A stretch of 64,000 nucleotides of DNA. It comes from Bacteroidia bacterium (lineage in GTDB: Bacteria > Bacteroidota > Bacteroidia > M30B66). Shown here in pieces: positions 19,610 to 30,620 of the stretch. The notes beneath the pieces are model-generated. The model searched no databases. It saw only the letters and a list, made by a program, of their open reading frames with translations, and had not been told where the DNA came from. The DNA lies in assembly GCA_965279035.1 (NCBI GenBank), contig OZ257142.1, forward strand, positions 3,296,001 to 3,360,000, written 5' to 3'. The translations under genes and the position numbers were made by a program. Position 1 is the first letter of the stretch; every line of letters begins with the position of its first letter.

Positions 19610-22609
19610 TTACTTCTTTTCTTCATTCGTTTTACTTGCAGTACGACGAGTTAAATCGACCACAACTGGAGAAGCTACGAAGAGTGATGTGTATGTTCCA
19701 ACAATTACCCCTAAAAGCATCGCGAATGCAAATCCTCGAATTACTTCACCACCAAAGATGAAGAGGATAATCAATACTCCAATGGTTGTCATACCCGTAA
19801 CAGCAGTACGAGAAAGTGTACTGTTCAAGGCGTTGTTGATGATTGTAGAAAGATCTTCACGCTTGCTGTTCGGCATTGCCAAGTATTCCCGGATACGGTC
19901 AAAGATTACAACCGTATCGTTAATCGCATACCCGACAACAGTCAATATTGCCGCAATAAATGCCTGATCAATATCAAGTGAGAATGGTAGAATGTGATTA
20001 AAGATGGAGAATATCGAAAGGATGAACACAACTACATAAGCAAGTGCTGCAATCGCACCAACTCCATATTGCCATTTACGGAAACGAAGTAATAGATAAA
20101 GGAATAGCACGAGCAAGGAGAAAATCACCGACAATACAGCCGAATCTTTAATATCATTTGCAACAGTAGGTTCAACTTTTTGTGAAGATTGAATAACAGG
20201 AGCTACACCTGTGATTGGAGTTAACTCCGAAATCATTTTACTAGCAACAATAGAATCGGCCGCTAATGATTCATCTTCCAACATATACCCAGTAGTAATC
20301 TTCAATTGATTCGAACTACCGTATACTTTTACATCAGGTGATTTTTGGAACGCTTTGTAAAGAATCTCGCGCGCTTGATCAGTTTGTACAGATTTATCAA
20401 AACGAACTACATACGAACGACCTCCTTCGAAATCCACACCGTAACCAAATCCTTTGGTCACCATGAATCCTAAACCAATCACAATAACAGCAAGCGAAAC
20501 TGCATAGAATCGTTTACGTTGGTTGATGAAATCGAAATTACTTCCACTGAATAATTTAGCTGTCAATGGAATAGAGAATTTTACTTCTTTATTACGTTTT
20601 CCAAGGAATTCAAAACACAAACGTGTGATGAAAATTGCAGAGAACAATGAAGTTAAAATACCAATTACCAATGTTGTAGCAAATCCTTGAATTGGTCCTG
20701 TACCGAAAATGTAAAGGATTACACCCGTTAATAATGTTGTTACGTTGGAGTCAATAATAGCAGAATAAGCTCCTTTGAAACCATCAACAATCGCTTGCTT
20801 GTATGCTTTCCCGGATGCTAATTCCTCTCGAATACGTTCGTAAATAAGCACGTTCGCATCCACCGACATACCGATCGTTAACACGATACCTGCAATACCA
20901 GGAAGTGTTAGAACCGCTCCAAGGGATGTCATCACTCCCATAAGGAAGAATACGTTGGCAATTAGTGCCACATCGGCAACGATTCCACCACCACTGTAGT
21001 AAAAGCCCATGAAAAGGAATACTAATACAAGTCCAGCCAATGCTGAAAGTAAACCAGAGTTAATTGCTTCTGCACCTAGTGATGGACCTACAACAGCTTC
21101 TTCAACAATACGAGCAGGAGCATCCATCTTTCCAGAATTGAGGATGTTGGATAAATCTTCTGCTTCTTTGATTGTGAAATTTCCACTGATGGAAGAATTT
21201 CCACCACTAATTTCACTTTGTACTGTAGGATAACTATACACATAATTATCAAGTACAATGGCTACGCTCTTACCGATGTTCTCACCAGTCATTCGTTTCC
21301 AAATCCCAGCACCTTCGCCGTTCATAGCCATTGAAACTTCGGGTTTGTTATTTAACTGACCGTAATTTAAACGGGCATCAGTTACATATTCACCTGTTAA
21401 ACGAGGCTTTCCATCGCGAGGAACTTTAATCGCAACGAGTTCGAATGCATTTTCTTTTTCATCAAATGGCTTCACGCTCCAGAAGAAACGAATGTCTTTC
21501 GGGAAGACTTCTTTAATCTGTGGCATGTTGAAGATTTGATTCACACGTGCAGTGTCTTTCGTCAATGCAATACCTACAACCGGACCTGGACGGAATGTAC
21601 TTCCCTCGTTGGTTTGGTTGATATTCGGACTAAGAACAACATAAAGTGGATTGTCTTTTTGAGCTTTAGCACGTTGAGCAGCTTCAGATGTGTCTTTGCT
21701 AGCAGAAGTATCGGCTTTCGCCATTTTTTCGGCTAATGACATGCTTGTGTCTTTAGCGGCTTTTGTAGAATCAATAACAGCTGTTGCTGAAGAATCTACG
21801 GCTGTTGGAGCAGTCGCTTTATCAGCATTCGTAAGGTCTTTCAGACGTTTGTTCGCAGCTTCAAGATACTGGAAAGCATCTTTATTTTCGAAAGTTTCCC
21901 AGAATTCTAATTTCGCCGCACCTTGAAGAAGTTTACGAACACGTTCTGGTTCTTTCACTCCGGGAAGTTCAACCAAAATACGGTCAGAACCTTCTAAACG
22001 TTGAATGTTTGGTTGAGTAACACCAAATTTATCAATACGATTTCGGATAACGGTATAGGCATTATCAACCGAAGCTTTTACTTTGGTACGAATCACTTTT
22101 ACGACTTCCTCATCGCTCATTTTGGAATTCACCAAATCCTTCATGTCTTTGTTTCCAAAGAATGCAGGTGCTGATAAACGTGCAGCTGGATCGGTTTCCT
22201 TAACTGCTGCAGCAAATAGATCGATAAAGTCACCACCGCTGGCTTTCTGGCGTGCGTTTGCCAGCTCCATTGCTTTTGTGAAAGTAGGATCTGTACTGTT
22301 GTTTGCTAAAGAACGAACAACATCAGAAACCGCAACTTCAAGAGTCACGTTCATACCACCTTTTAAGTCAAGACCAAGGTTTAGTTCCTTTGCCTTACAC
22401 TCACGGTAAGTATACTTTCTGAATAAAACATTGTAAACTGTCTCACTCGCTATGGAGTCGAGATACGCCTTTTCCTTTTTCGGATCACCGGCAGCGAAAA
22501 TTTTTGCGTCACTTTCTACGCTACTCGCTTTCCAAGTAAATGAAAGCTCGAACAGACATACGAGCGCAAGCATGATCGCGAAAAAGCTTATTGCACCTTT
22601 GTTTTGCAT
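19610..22609 (-). CDS. secDF: Protein translocase subunit SecDF
   Basis: 'LNLGLDLKGG', 'RIDKFGVTQPNI', 'VGPSLG', 'GMSVDANVLIYERIREE' and 'GYAINDTVVIFDRIRE'. Confidence 0.97.
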   Translation of the reverse strand: MQNKGAISFFAIMLALVCLFELSFTWKASSVESDAKIFAAGDPKKEKAYLDSIASETVYNVLFRKYTYRECKAKELNLGLDLKGGMNVTLEVAVSDVVRSLANNSTDPTFTKAMELANARQKASGGDFIDLFAAAVKETDPAARLSAPAFFGNKDMKDLVNSKMSDEEVVKVIRTKVKASVDNAYTVIRNRIDKFGVTQPNIQRLEGSDRILVELPGVKEPERVRKLLQGAAKLEFWETFENKDAFQYLEAANKRLKDLTNADKATAPTAVDSSATAVIDSTKAAKDTSMSLAEKMAKADTSASKDTSEAAQRAKAQKDNPLYVVLSPNINQTNEGSTFRPGPVVGIALTKDTARVNQIFNMPQIKEVFPKDIRFFWSVKPFDEKENAFELVAIKVPRDGKPRLTGEYVTDARLNYGQLNNKPEVSMAMNGEGAGIWKRMTGENIGKSVAIVLDNYVYSYPTVQSEISGGNSSISGNFTIKEAEDLSNILNSGKMDAPARIVEEAVVGPSLGAEAINSGLLSALAGLVLVFLFMGFYYSGGGIVADVALIANVFFLMGVMTSLGAVLTLPGIAGIVLTIGMSVDANVLIYERIREELASGKAYKQAIVDGFKGAYSAIIDSNVTTLLTGVILYIFGTGPIQGFATTLVIGILTSLFSAIFITRLCFEFLGKRNKEVKFSIPLTAKLFSGSNFDFINQRKRFYAVSLAVIVIGLGFMVTKGFGYGVDFEGGRSYVVRFDKSVQTDQAREILYKAFQKSPDVKVYGSSNQLKITTGYMLEDESLAADSIVASKMISELTPITGVAPVIQSSQKVEPTVANDIKDSAVLSVIFSLLVLFLYLLLRFRKWQYGVGAIAALAYVVVFILSIFSIFNHILPFSLDIDQAFIAAILTVVGYAINDTVVIFDRIREYLAMPNSKREDLSTIINNALNSTLSRTAVTGMTTIGVLIILFIFGGEVIRGFAFAMLLGVIVGTYTSLFVASPVVVDLTRRTASKTNEEKK

Positions 22610-22644
22610 TGGATTTTGTTAAATAATTCTAAAAAATCGGACGG

Positions 22645-22652
22645 CAAATATA
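22645..22652 (-). promoter_or_regulatory. Bacteroidota -7 promoter box for secDF
   Basis: TATATTTG on the minus strand 36 bp upstream of the ATG (consensus TAnnTTTG). Confidence 0.55.
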
Positions 22653-22832
22653 GAACAACAAACCATAAATACCAATTCATTGATATTATTCGGAATGGCT
22701 AGAAAATCAAGGTGTTGAGAAATGAAAACAAAAATTTCCTTTCAGATATTTCTTTTCGACATCCAAACTTTCTTTCACAAGCAATCGCAAAATTCTGTTT
22801 CATCGTCATTGAAAAAATAACATCTTTGTTTT

Positions 22833-25028
22833 ATGAGAAACATCCTGCTATCAGTCCTTTTCATCATCTTATCTGTTTATACAAAAGCCCAAAGCACGCA
22901 GACAATACTAGCTCTTGATCGGAATGATGGGTTGCCTGTATACAATCTTGATTCTATTTTGCTTGATTTTCCGACAGTTGGTGGCTTTAATTACATGCAA
23001 GGAGGAGCTATTGATTTAAACCTTGATGGCATTCAAGATTTGGTTTTATTCGACCGAACAGGTGATCGTATTTCCCCCTTTATTTACACTGGCACTGTAG
23101 GAAATCCAGCATATACCTATAATCACAGCCTAGTATATTCTTTCCCCGAATTGAATAATTTTTTAATCATTAAAGATTTTAACTGCGATGGAAAAGCAGA
23201 TCTATTTACCTATGAAAACAGTGGTTTTAAAGTCTACAAAAACATTAGTACGGTTTCTACTGGGTTAGCTTTTGAATTGTACACCGAGAGTTTACTATCG
23301 TTTTACAATCCAGCAACATTGGCTATTTTTTGTATCCCTGTTGATGTTCCAGCGATTGAAGACATCGATAATGATGGTGATGTTGATTTATTGGTTTTTG
23401 GCTTTCTTGGAACCTGTACCGAATATCATCGCAACATGGCTATGGAAAATTTGGGCCGCTGCGATACGTTGATCATGAAGCTCGAGAGTGACAATTGGGG
23501 AACCTTTACCGAAAGCTTTTCAACCAACGATGTGGTTTTGAACGATAGCTGCGATCATCCGGGCGGAAAAAATACAGCTGTTCGTCATGCTGGCTCTACC
23601 ATGCTGGCTTATGATGCTGATGGTGACGGAGATAAAGATTTGTTGTTGGGTGATATTTCCTACCGAACAATGACACAACTCACCAATGGAGGAACTAATT
23701 TATTAGCACACATTACAAGTTCCCAAACTCCTTTTCCTGCCAATACTCCCTATATTAATGTCCCTGTTTTTCCTGCTGCATTTTATATTGATATCGACCA
23801 TGATGGCTTGCGCGATTTGATGGTTAGTCCCAATAACGAAGGCGGCTCCGAAAATCATCAATGCATTTGGTATTATAAAAACATTGGAACCAGCGACATT
23901 CCTCAATTTTCCTTTATAAAACGGACGCTCTTTTTAGATCAATCGCTCGATTTTGGTGAAGGATGCATGCCCGTTTTTTTCGATTATAACAATGATGGAT
24001 TAAGTGATATTGTAATTGGAAACTATGGCTATTTTCAGCCTAATGGAACTTACAAATCAAAATTGGCCTTATTGAAAAACATCAGTGTAGATGAAAACCC
24101 TCGATTTCAATTGATCAATGAAGATTATGCAGGATTGGGTTTACTTAACGAGACATCAACCAATTATCATCCAACCTTTGGCGATATTGATGGTGATGGT
24201 GATCAGGACATGCTTACTGGAAATTCGTTAGGACAATTATTTTATTTTATCAATACTGCCGCTCCTGGCAACGAAGCTAACTTTGTATTTAATAGTTCCA
24301 ATTTTCAAAACATCGACATTGGAACTTTTTCTGCTCCACAATTGGTGGATGTAGATGTAGATGGTTTGTTAGATCTTTTGATTGGCAGTCGTGAAGGTCG
24401 TATTCATTACTACCGAAATACAGGAACGCCAACATCCATGAACCTTGAACTAGTTACTACATCCTTTGGAAATATCTTAACAGCAATTGATGGTGATCCC
24501 AATGGATTTTCCACACCAACGCTATTCAGGAAAAGTGGTGTATCGTATATTATCTGTGGAAGTGTTAGTGGATTATTTCAATTGTATAGTGGCATAGATG
24601 GAAACTTGGATGGGGATTTTATACTTGAAGATTCGGTGTTTTTGGGTAATCGTGATGGTGAACGGACGAGTATTAGTTTAAAAGATCTCAACGGAGATGG
24701 TTATCCAGAAGCTGTTACAGGGAATTATGCTGGTGGAATCAATTTTTATTCTGGCATTTTTCCAAGTAAACTTTCGTCTGATAATAAAACGAATTCTACT
24801 TTTCTCATTTTCCCCAATCCAGGTAAGACAATCTCCATTCGAACTACAGGAGAAAGCATTCAACTGATTGATGTAATCGACATTCAAGGAAAACTGGTGC
24901 ATACTCAAGCTGGAAGTCATCTTCCAACAATCACTTTGTCAAATTCCAACTTCAGCCCGGGTATGTATTTCGTTCGTGTACAAGGAAAAAGTAAAACCGA
25001 AGTGTTCAAATGGATTTGTCAACCCTAA
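22833..25028 (+). CDS. FG-GAP/VCBS repeat protein with T9SS type A CTD
   Basis: Many DxDxDGxxD repeats; signal peptide; 'IFPNP...GMYFVRV' CTD. Confidence 0.88.
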   Translation: MRNILLSVLFIILSVYTKAQSTQTILALDRNDGLPVYNLDSILLDFPTVGGFNYMQGGAIDLNLDGIQDLVLFDRTGDRISPFIYTGTVGNPAYTYNHSLVYSFPELNNFLIIKDFNCDGKADLFTYENSGFKVYKNISTVSTGLAFELYTESLLSFYNPATLAIFCIPVDVPAIEDIDNDGDVDLLVFGFLGTCTEYHRNMAMENLGRCDTLIMKLESDNWGTFTESFSTNDVVLNDSCDHPGGKNTAVRHAGSTMLAYDADGDGDKDLLLGDISYRTMTQLTNGGTNLLAHITSSQTPFPANTPYINVPVFPAAFYIDIDHDGLRDLMVSPNNEGGSENHQCIWYYKNIGTSDIPQFSFIKRTLFLDQSLDFGEGCMPVFFDYNNDGLSDIVIGNYGYFQPNGTYKSKLALLKNISVDENPRFQLINEDYAGLGLLNETSTNYHPTFGDIDGDGDQDMLTGNSLGQLFYFINTAAPGNEANFVFNSSNFQNIDIGTFSAPQLVDVDVDGLLDLLIGSREGRIHYYRNTGTPTSMNLELVTTSFGNILTAIDGDPNGFSTPTLFRKSGVSYIICGSVSGLFQLYSGIDGNLDGDFILEDSVFLGNRDGERTSISLKDLNGDGYPEAVTGNYAGGINFYSGIFPSKLSSDNKTNSTFLIFPNPGKTISIRTTGESIQLIDVIDIQGKLVHTQAGSHLPTITLSNSNFSPGMYFVRVQGKSKTEVFKWICQP

Positions 25029-25278
25029 TTTTGAATTTCGAGTTTTTAATCTCAAATCTTGGTAACATAAGAATTCAATCAATTTTTTTGAATCAAATCC
25101 CATCTCCTTGATTTTGACTATTTAACAATCAAAGTTCTATTTCCGTTTCTTGATTTTTGGTATTTGTAATTGTCGGACTGACACTTTGAATTTTTAATAA
25201 TTTTTAGGGAATTTGAAGAAGGAACTGGAGGAGATTCCTCTATTTTTGCCGGCTTAATTAACGACAAGAGTTTACCCG

Positions 25279-26418
25279 ATGGATTTCCAGTTGAACGAGA
25301 ATCAGAAGATGATTGCAGAAATGGTGCGTGATTTTGGCGATAAGCACATTCGTCCGCACATGATGGAATGGGACGAAACACAGCACTTTCCGAGAGAAGT
25401 ATTTACAAAACTGGGAGAACTTGGATTGATGGGCGTTTTGGTTCCTCATGAATATGGGGGAGCTGGATTTACCTATACAGAGTATGTGACAGCAATTACC
25501 GAATTAAGCAAGATTGATCCATCCATTGGACTTTCGATGGCAGCTCATAATTCGCTTTGCACGGGACATACACTTGCATTTGCGAATGAAGAACAAAAGC
25601 GTAAATATCTACCCAAATTAGCAAGTGGCGAATGGATTGGTGCTTGGGGATTGACAGAACCCAATACCGGTTCGGATGCTATGCGTATGAAATGCGTTGC
25701 TCAACAAGATGGAGATTATTGGGTGATTAACGGAACAAAATGCTGGATTACGCATGGTATCAGTGCAGAACTGGCAGTGGTAATAGTTCGTACTGGTGAA
25801 TTATTAGATTCTCACGGTATGACTGCTTTCCTGATAGAGCGAGGAACACCTGGCTTTATGGCTGGAAAAAAAGAGAATAAATTAGGCATGCGTGCTTCCG
25901 AAACAGCCGAGCTCATTTTCGATAATTGCCGCGTTCACAAAGACCAAATTTTGGGAAAAGTGGGTGATGGATTTATTCAAGCTATGAAAGTGCTCGATGG
26001 TGGAAGAATTTCCATTGCTGCCTTATCACTTGGTATTGGAAAAGGAGCGATTGAAGCTTCTATTAAATATTCTAAAGAACGTGAACAATTCGGTCAGCCG
26101 ATCAGTAATTTCCAAGGAATCAGCTTTAAATTGGCAGAGATGAGCACACGGTATGCAGCCGCTGAGCTTCTGACTTTTTATGCTGCCGACTTGAAAAACC
26201 GTGGACAGCGCATGACAACCGAATCGGCTATGGCAAAACTTCATGCTTCCGAAATGTGTGTTTATGCATCCAATGAAGCCGTTCAAATTCACGGTGGATA
26301 TGGTTATACCAAAGATTTCCCGGTAGAAAAATACTATCGCGATTCGAAACTATGCACCATTGGAGAAGGAACTTCTGAAATTCAGAAAGTTGTTATTGCC
26401 AAAAATATCCTTCAATAA
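25279..26418 (+). CDS. Acyl-CoA dehydrogenase
   Basis: '[11 protein letters not shown]', 'NGTKCWIT', 'KLGMRASET', 'QIHGGYGY' and 'IGEGTSEIQ'; TATTTTTG box at 25241-25248. Confidence 0.96.
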   Translation: MDFQLNENQKMIAEMVRDFGDKHIRPHMMEWDETQHFPREVFTKLGELGLMGVLVPHEYGGAGFTYTEYVTAITELSKIDPSIGLSMAAHNSLCTGHTLAFANEEQKRKYLPKLASGEWIGAWGLTEPNTGSDAMRMKCVAQQDGDYWVINGTKCWITHGISAELAVVIVRTGELLDSHGMTAFLIERGTPGFMAGKKENKLGMRASETAELIFDNCRVHKDQILGKVGDGFIQAMKVLDGGRISIAALSLGIGKGAIEASIKYSKEREQFGQPISNFQGISFKLAEMSTRYAAAELLTFYAADLKNRGQRMTTESAMAKLHASEMCVYASNEAVQIHGGYGYTKDFPVEKYYRDSKLCTIGEGTSEIQKVVIAKNILQ

Positions 26419-26437
26419 AAGGATCTTCGTTTCCCCC

Positions 26438-26474
26438 AAAAAGCCGCATTTGCAACTCGCTCATGCGGCTTTTT
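26438..26474 (+). terminator. Intrinsic terminator
   Basis: aaaagccgcat...atgcggcttttt. Confidence 0.75.
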
Positions 26475-26762
26475 GCATTTTCCTTCGAACAGCCTTTTCG
26501 AACTCTTAATTTTAATTTGGTGTAACCCTCGAAGGTTACATAAATCCTGATTTAAGATTTTAAGCTAATTCCAGAATTTAATTACAAATTAAATTCTTAC
26601 ATACATATGATTACCAGACATTTACGGCTATTTCTATTAGAGTAATGCTTAAAATTATTTCAACAAAATCGTTTTCTCTTACATCTGCTCCATTCCTTAT
26701 TTTATTGGAATTCTGAGGCGGACTGGGCTTTCTAGGTTTGCTATGCACCAATGTGTAGCATT

Positions 26763-27482
26763 ATGAAACGAACATTACCTTGCATTTTTATGGGACTTGT
26801 CGGCAGCCTTGTCGTACGTTCCGAACTCAGTGCTCAAACTGAACCTGCAAATCAAAATCCGATTGCATTCGATAATAAGTTGAATGATATTGATTTATTA
26901 GCAGAATTAAACGAAGAGTACAGCGCTCCCAAAGCGAAAACACCTGCAAAGTCAATGGATTTAGAGATTAAAGTCTCTCGAATTCATGTTGATTTAAAGA
27001 AGGAAAAAACAGTCGAGTTTTCGGCTCGAACAGCTTGGGCAACCGATTTCGTTTGGAAATTTGGCGATGGAAGTACCATGAGTGGTTTCCAGCATGTAAA
27101 ACATGAATTCCAAAAACCAGGAAAGTATGAAGTTGTTTTGCTGGCGAGCAACAAGGATCATTTAGCCAAACAAACGATCCAAATTGAAGTTGCCGACAAC
27201 TCGATTCCACTTGAATTGGAAGAAATGGAACACTACATCGTTTTTCCATCGAACAATAAATTGGAAGCAGATATTCAGCTTAAACTTCCTCGCAGAGAAA
27301 AACATTTACTGCTCGAAATTAAGAATGTAGAAGGTGAACGTGTTTTTGAATACGAGATAGGAAAAGTCCGTAAAAAAGAAATTATTCACGTTGATCTTCA
27401 AAATTTGGAAGCAGGTAAATACTATGCTGTTTTGAAAGGAAAGAAATACAGTTTGGTAAGTCGCTTAACGGTTGCTCGCTGA
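26763..27482 (+). CDS. PKD-domain secreted protein
   Basis: 'WKFGDG...HEFQKPGKYEVVL' PKD motif; CTD-like 'LEAGKYY' end. Confidence 0.75.
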   Translation: MKRTLPCIFMGLVGSLVVRSELSAQTEPANQNPIAFDNKLNDIDLLAELNEEYSAPKAKTPAKSMDLEIKVSRIHVDLKKEKTVEFSARTAWATDFVWKFGDGSTMSGFQHVKHEFQKPGKYEVVLLASNKDHLAKQTIQIEVADNSIPLELEEMEHYIVFPSNNKLEADIQLKLPRREKHLLLEIKNVEGERVFEYEIGKVRKKEIIHVDLQNLEAGKYYAVLKGKKYSLVSRLTVAR

Positions 27483-28286
27483 AATATCTTTTCTAAATCC
27501 TTCAAATACGCCCAATCCAAATAAGGCGTAATCGTACTTCACCGGATCTACCGGATCGAACTGGCGCAGCATGTTGGTTAATTCCTCCGCTGCTTGCCAA
27601 TCGTCCTGTTTCCGTTGAAGAATTCCCAATTTACGAGCAACACCACCCGAATGCACATCGAGTGGACAAATCAATTGATCAGGCCGAAATACCTTCCAAA
27701 TTCCGAAATCCACTTTTCGATCATCGCTTCGAACCATCCATCGTAAATACATGTTGATACGTTTGGAAGCAGAGTTTCGTGATGGATCAGAAATATGTTT
27801 TGCCGATCGTGTTGAACTTTCTTCACCCAAAAACAGGTTTCGGAATTGAACAATTCCCAGCTTGACATCTCCTTCCGGATTTCGAAACAGGTTTTCCAAG
27901 GAATCATATTGTAGTAGAACTCGTTTCAAGGAGCGCAGAAAAAACACACAATCAGTTCCATTAAACGTCCGGTGGACAAAAGATTCAAAGGGTTTCAAAT
28001 CTGCTTCGCTGAAATTTCGAATAAATTCTTCAGGTGAATTATCCATCCGATCGAGCAGCCAATTCGCATTGCGTATGAGAGTAATGCGTTGTCCCCAAGC
28101 GATTGTAGCTGCCAAAAATCCAGCAATCTCAATATCCTCTTTGCGAGTAAAGCGATGAGGAACTGAAATTGGATCGGATTCTATAAACTGAGTTCTGTTA
28201 TATAGATCCGCTTTCTCATTGAGTAAATCTTGAAGTTCTGCTCGAGAAAAAGGCTCAGGATTCTTCATCATCACCCCAAAAAACAT
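27465..28286 (-). CDS. TIGR02757/DUF2400 family protein
   Basis: 'DPISVPHRF', 'SASKRINMYLRWMVR', 'PLDVH' and 'DPVKYDYALFG'. Confidence 0.9.
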   Translation of the reverse strand: MFFGVMMKNPEPFSRAELQDLLNEKADLYNRTQFIESDPISVPHRFTRKEDIEIAGFLAATIAWGQRITLIRNANWLLDRMDNSPEEFIRNFSEADLKPFESFVHRTFNGTDCVFFLRSLKRVLLQYDSLENLFRNPEGDVKLGIVQFRNLFLGEESSTRSAKHISDPSRNSASKRINMYLRWMVRSDDRKVDFGIWKVFRPDQLICPLDVHSGGVARKLGILQRKQDDWQAAEELTNMLRQFDPVDPVKYDYALFGLGVFEGFRKDISASNR

Positions 28287-28875
28287 CTTCGTTTAAAACT
28301 TCCCACGAAGATTCTTCGGGAGCATTGGGTAATGCGTTGATTGCTTCGATTAACTCTTCATGCAATTCTTCCTGCAAGAGCGCATGTTCAACCGCATCCA
28401 CATCACCCGTATAATGGAAAAAAATACGATTCACTTTTTCATCCCAGAGTTTCTTAATCATCTCTGACGAAATCTTTTCGCCTTCGGGAGTTTGAAGATC
28501 ATTTAATAAATGCTCCAAGATGTTTTGCTTATCGGTTGAAACTACCCAGAAAATGGTGTAGCATTCTCCAAATAATTCACGATCGCTCGATTCATTCGTC
28601 AAAGCAATGGGCATATCATCAAACTGAAAATGACCGGTTTTAAGATCTTCTTCACTGAATTTGTATGCTGCTTGTTCGCGTGCTTCGCGAGTTTCAAGAA
28701 GATGTGGAATAGGAAGCATCACACAAAGTTCTTGGTACGATGTAGCCCAATGTGCTTCATCAAACTGAGAAATTCGATTACCCAATCGAGCAACCGATTG
28801 AATGCGTGTATTTTTTAGAAGAGCAAAACCAGGTAGCTCTTTGTCGGCAAGGAATTCAAAAAATGGTGTTATCAT
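28255..28875 (-). CDS. Hypothetical acidic protein
   Basis: 206-aa ORF overlapping the downstream gene; no recognisable motif. Confidence 0.65.
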   Translation of the reverse strand: MITPFFEFLADKELPGFALLKNTRIQSVARLGNRISQFDEAHWATSYQELCVMLPIPHLLETREAREQAAYKFSEEDLKTGHFQFDDMPIALTNESSDRELFGECYTIFWVVSTDKQNILEHLLNDLQTPEGEKISSEMIKKLWDEKVNRIFFHYTGDVDAVEHALLQEELHEELIEAINALPNAPEESSWEVLNEDVFWGDDEES

Positions 28876-28956
28876 ATCGCTGGGCTAAATTACCAATTGA
28901 ATTAGAATATCGAATTTTGCTTCAAACTTTTCTCAAAGCGGTTTGTTGGGGTATTT

Positions 28957-29391
28957 ATGAATTTGATTTTATCGATTTTCATTTTGACGATGGTTCAAGG
29001 AGCATATTTACCTGAAGGAAATTCTTCTATGCAATTAGAGATTCAAGGACTGCGCAATACAAAAGGACATGTTTTAATTGCCATTTTCAAATCGGCCGAT
29101 GGATTTCCAGATGTCTCAGATAAAGCCTTTCGAAAAGAACGACTTGTGCCCGTTGTTGGAAAAATGATGGTCGAGATAAAGAATCTTCCCGCAGGAAATT
29201 ATGCCATTGCGCTTGTTCATGATGAGAATGATAATATGCAGCTCGACACTGGTTTATTTGGGATTCCAAAAGAAGGATTTTGCTTTTCGAAAGATGCAAT
29301 GGGCACATTTGGTCCACCTTCGTTTGAGTCGGCAGCTATTGTACACAATCAAAATTCAACTTCCTATAAACTCAATGTAAACTATTGGTAA
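28957..29391 (+). CDS. DUF2141 family protein
   Basis: 'GNYAIALVHDENDN..LDTGLFGIPKEGFCFS...FGPPSF'. Confidence 0.9.
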   Translation: MNLILSIFILTMVQGAYLPEGNSSMQLEIQGLRNTKGHVLIAIFKSADGFPDVSDKAFRKERLVPVVGKMMVEIKNLPAGNYAIALVHDENDNMQLDTGLFGIPKEGFCFSKDAMGTFGPPSFESAAIVHNQNSTSYKLNVNYW

Positions 29392-29432
29392 GGACTTGTT
29401 GAATTAGTATATTGGCAGCACAAAACTGCTAC

Positions 29433-30563
29433 ATGAAAATCAATTTCCTTCCTGCATTCTTTACCATTATTGCTTTCCCTGTATTAGCTCAGGTTACGGT
29501 AACACAATCCGACATGCCTTCGGCGGGCGATACTTTACGCTTTAGTGTTGGAGCAACAGCAGGAATTGATGCCGGTGCTGCAGGTAGTAATCAGGTTTGG
29601 GATTTCAGTAATTTGCAATCATCATCACAATATGTGGATGATTTTTTATCAGTTAACTCCACATCATTTTCCTACATAGCAACTTACGGATTGCCTTTCA
29701 GTAGCAGTTATTCCGATATGGGGCGTTTAGATAATTCGGCATTTCAGATACCTACCATTCCAATTCCAGGGTTTTCATTAAGTATCACTGACGTATATAA
29801 TTTTTACAAAAGCAATGCAGCTGATTTCTCTCAAAAAGGATTTGGTGCAAGTATAAATGGATTCCCAATACCAATTCCTTACAGCGATTCGGATGTATTA
29901 GTTCCACTTCCATTAACATCTTCAAGCACGAGCACATCACCATATAGTTTCAATATTCAAATTCCATCACTCGGATATTATGGTCGTGAAGCCACTCGAA
30001 ACAACGTAGTAGATGGATGGGGAACACTTACAACTCCTTTCGGTACGTTTCAAACATTACGCATTCGTTCCGAATTGGTTTATACCGATACCATTGCGGT
30101 AGATCAATTAGGATTTGGCTTTCAACTCCCTCAACAAACAGAAGTAAAATACAAATGGCTCGCTCCCGGCTACGGTTGGCCACTCCTCGAAATTACAGCT
30201 ACCATTATCCCATTTGTTGGAACAGAAACCATCAGCCGAGTTGTATATCGCGATCATGCTGTTGACCAAACTGGAATCAATGACCAACAAAGCCTTACCG
30301 ATGTAATGATTTATCCAAATCCTGCTTCGGATGTTGCAGTTGTAAAATCAACACTTTCTTCGGCTTCGCCAATGGAATATTCAATTCTTGATGCTACAGG
30401 TCGTTGTTTAATGCAAGTGAAACGTGGAATTCAAGCTTCCGGTCCGTGTATGGAAATTCTTCCTTTGCGCCAATTAAACCTGTCGGATGGTGTTTACTTC
30501 GTTAAAATCCAACAAGGAAGTGCACATCCAGTAGTTCGACCATTGCTTGTTCATAACCAATAA
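29433..30563 (+). CDS. T9SS type A sorting domain protein
   Basis: Signal peptide MKINFL...LAQ; 'NQVWDFS'; 'DGWGTLTTPFGTF'; 'IYPNPAS...DGVYFV' CTD. Confidence 0.85.
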   Translation: MKINFLPAFFTIIAFPVLAQVTVTQSDMPSAGDTLRFSVGATAGIDAGAAGSNQVWDFSNLQSSSQYVDDFLSVNSTSFSYIATYGLPFSSSYSDMGRLDNSAFQIPTIPIPGFSLSITDVYNFYKSNAADFSQKGFGASINGFPIPIPYSDSDVLVPLPLTSSSTSTSPYSFNIQIPSLGYYGREATRNNVVDGWGTLTTPFGTFQTLRIRSELVYTDTIAVDQLGFGFQLPQQTEVKYKWLAPGYGWPLLEITATIIPFVGTETISRVVYRDHAVDQTGINDQQSLTDVMIYPNPASDVAVVKSTLSSASPMEYSILDATGRCLMQVKRGIQASGPCMEILPLRQLNLSDGVYFVKIQQGSAHPVVRPLLVHNQ

Positions 30564-30620
30564 GCACAGCGCTTCGTAGAAGCATTCTAGAGGGTAATTT
30601 TGTTCAAGCCTTCTTCAAGA

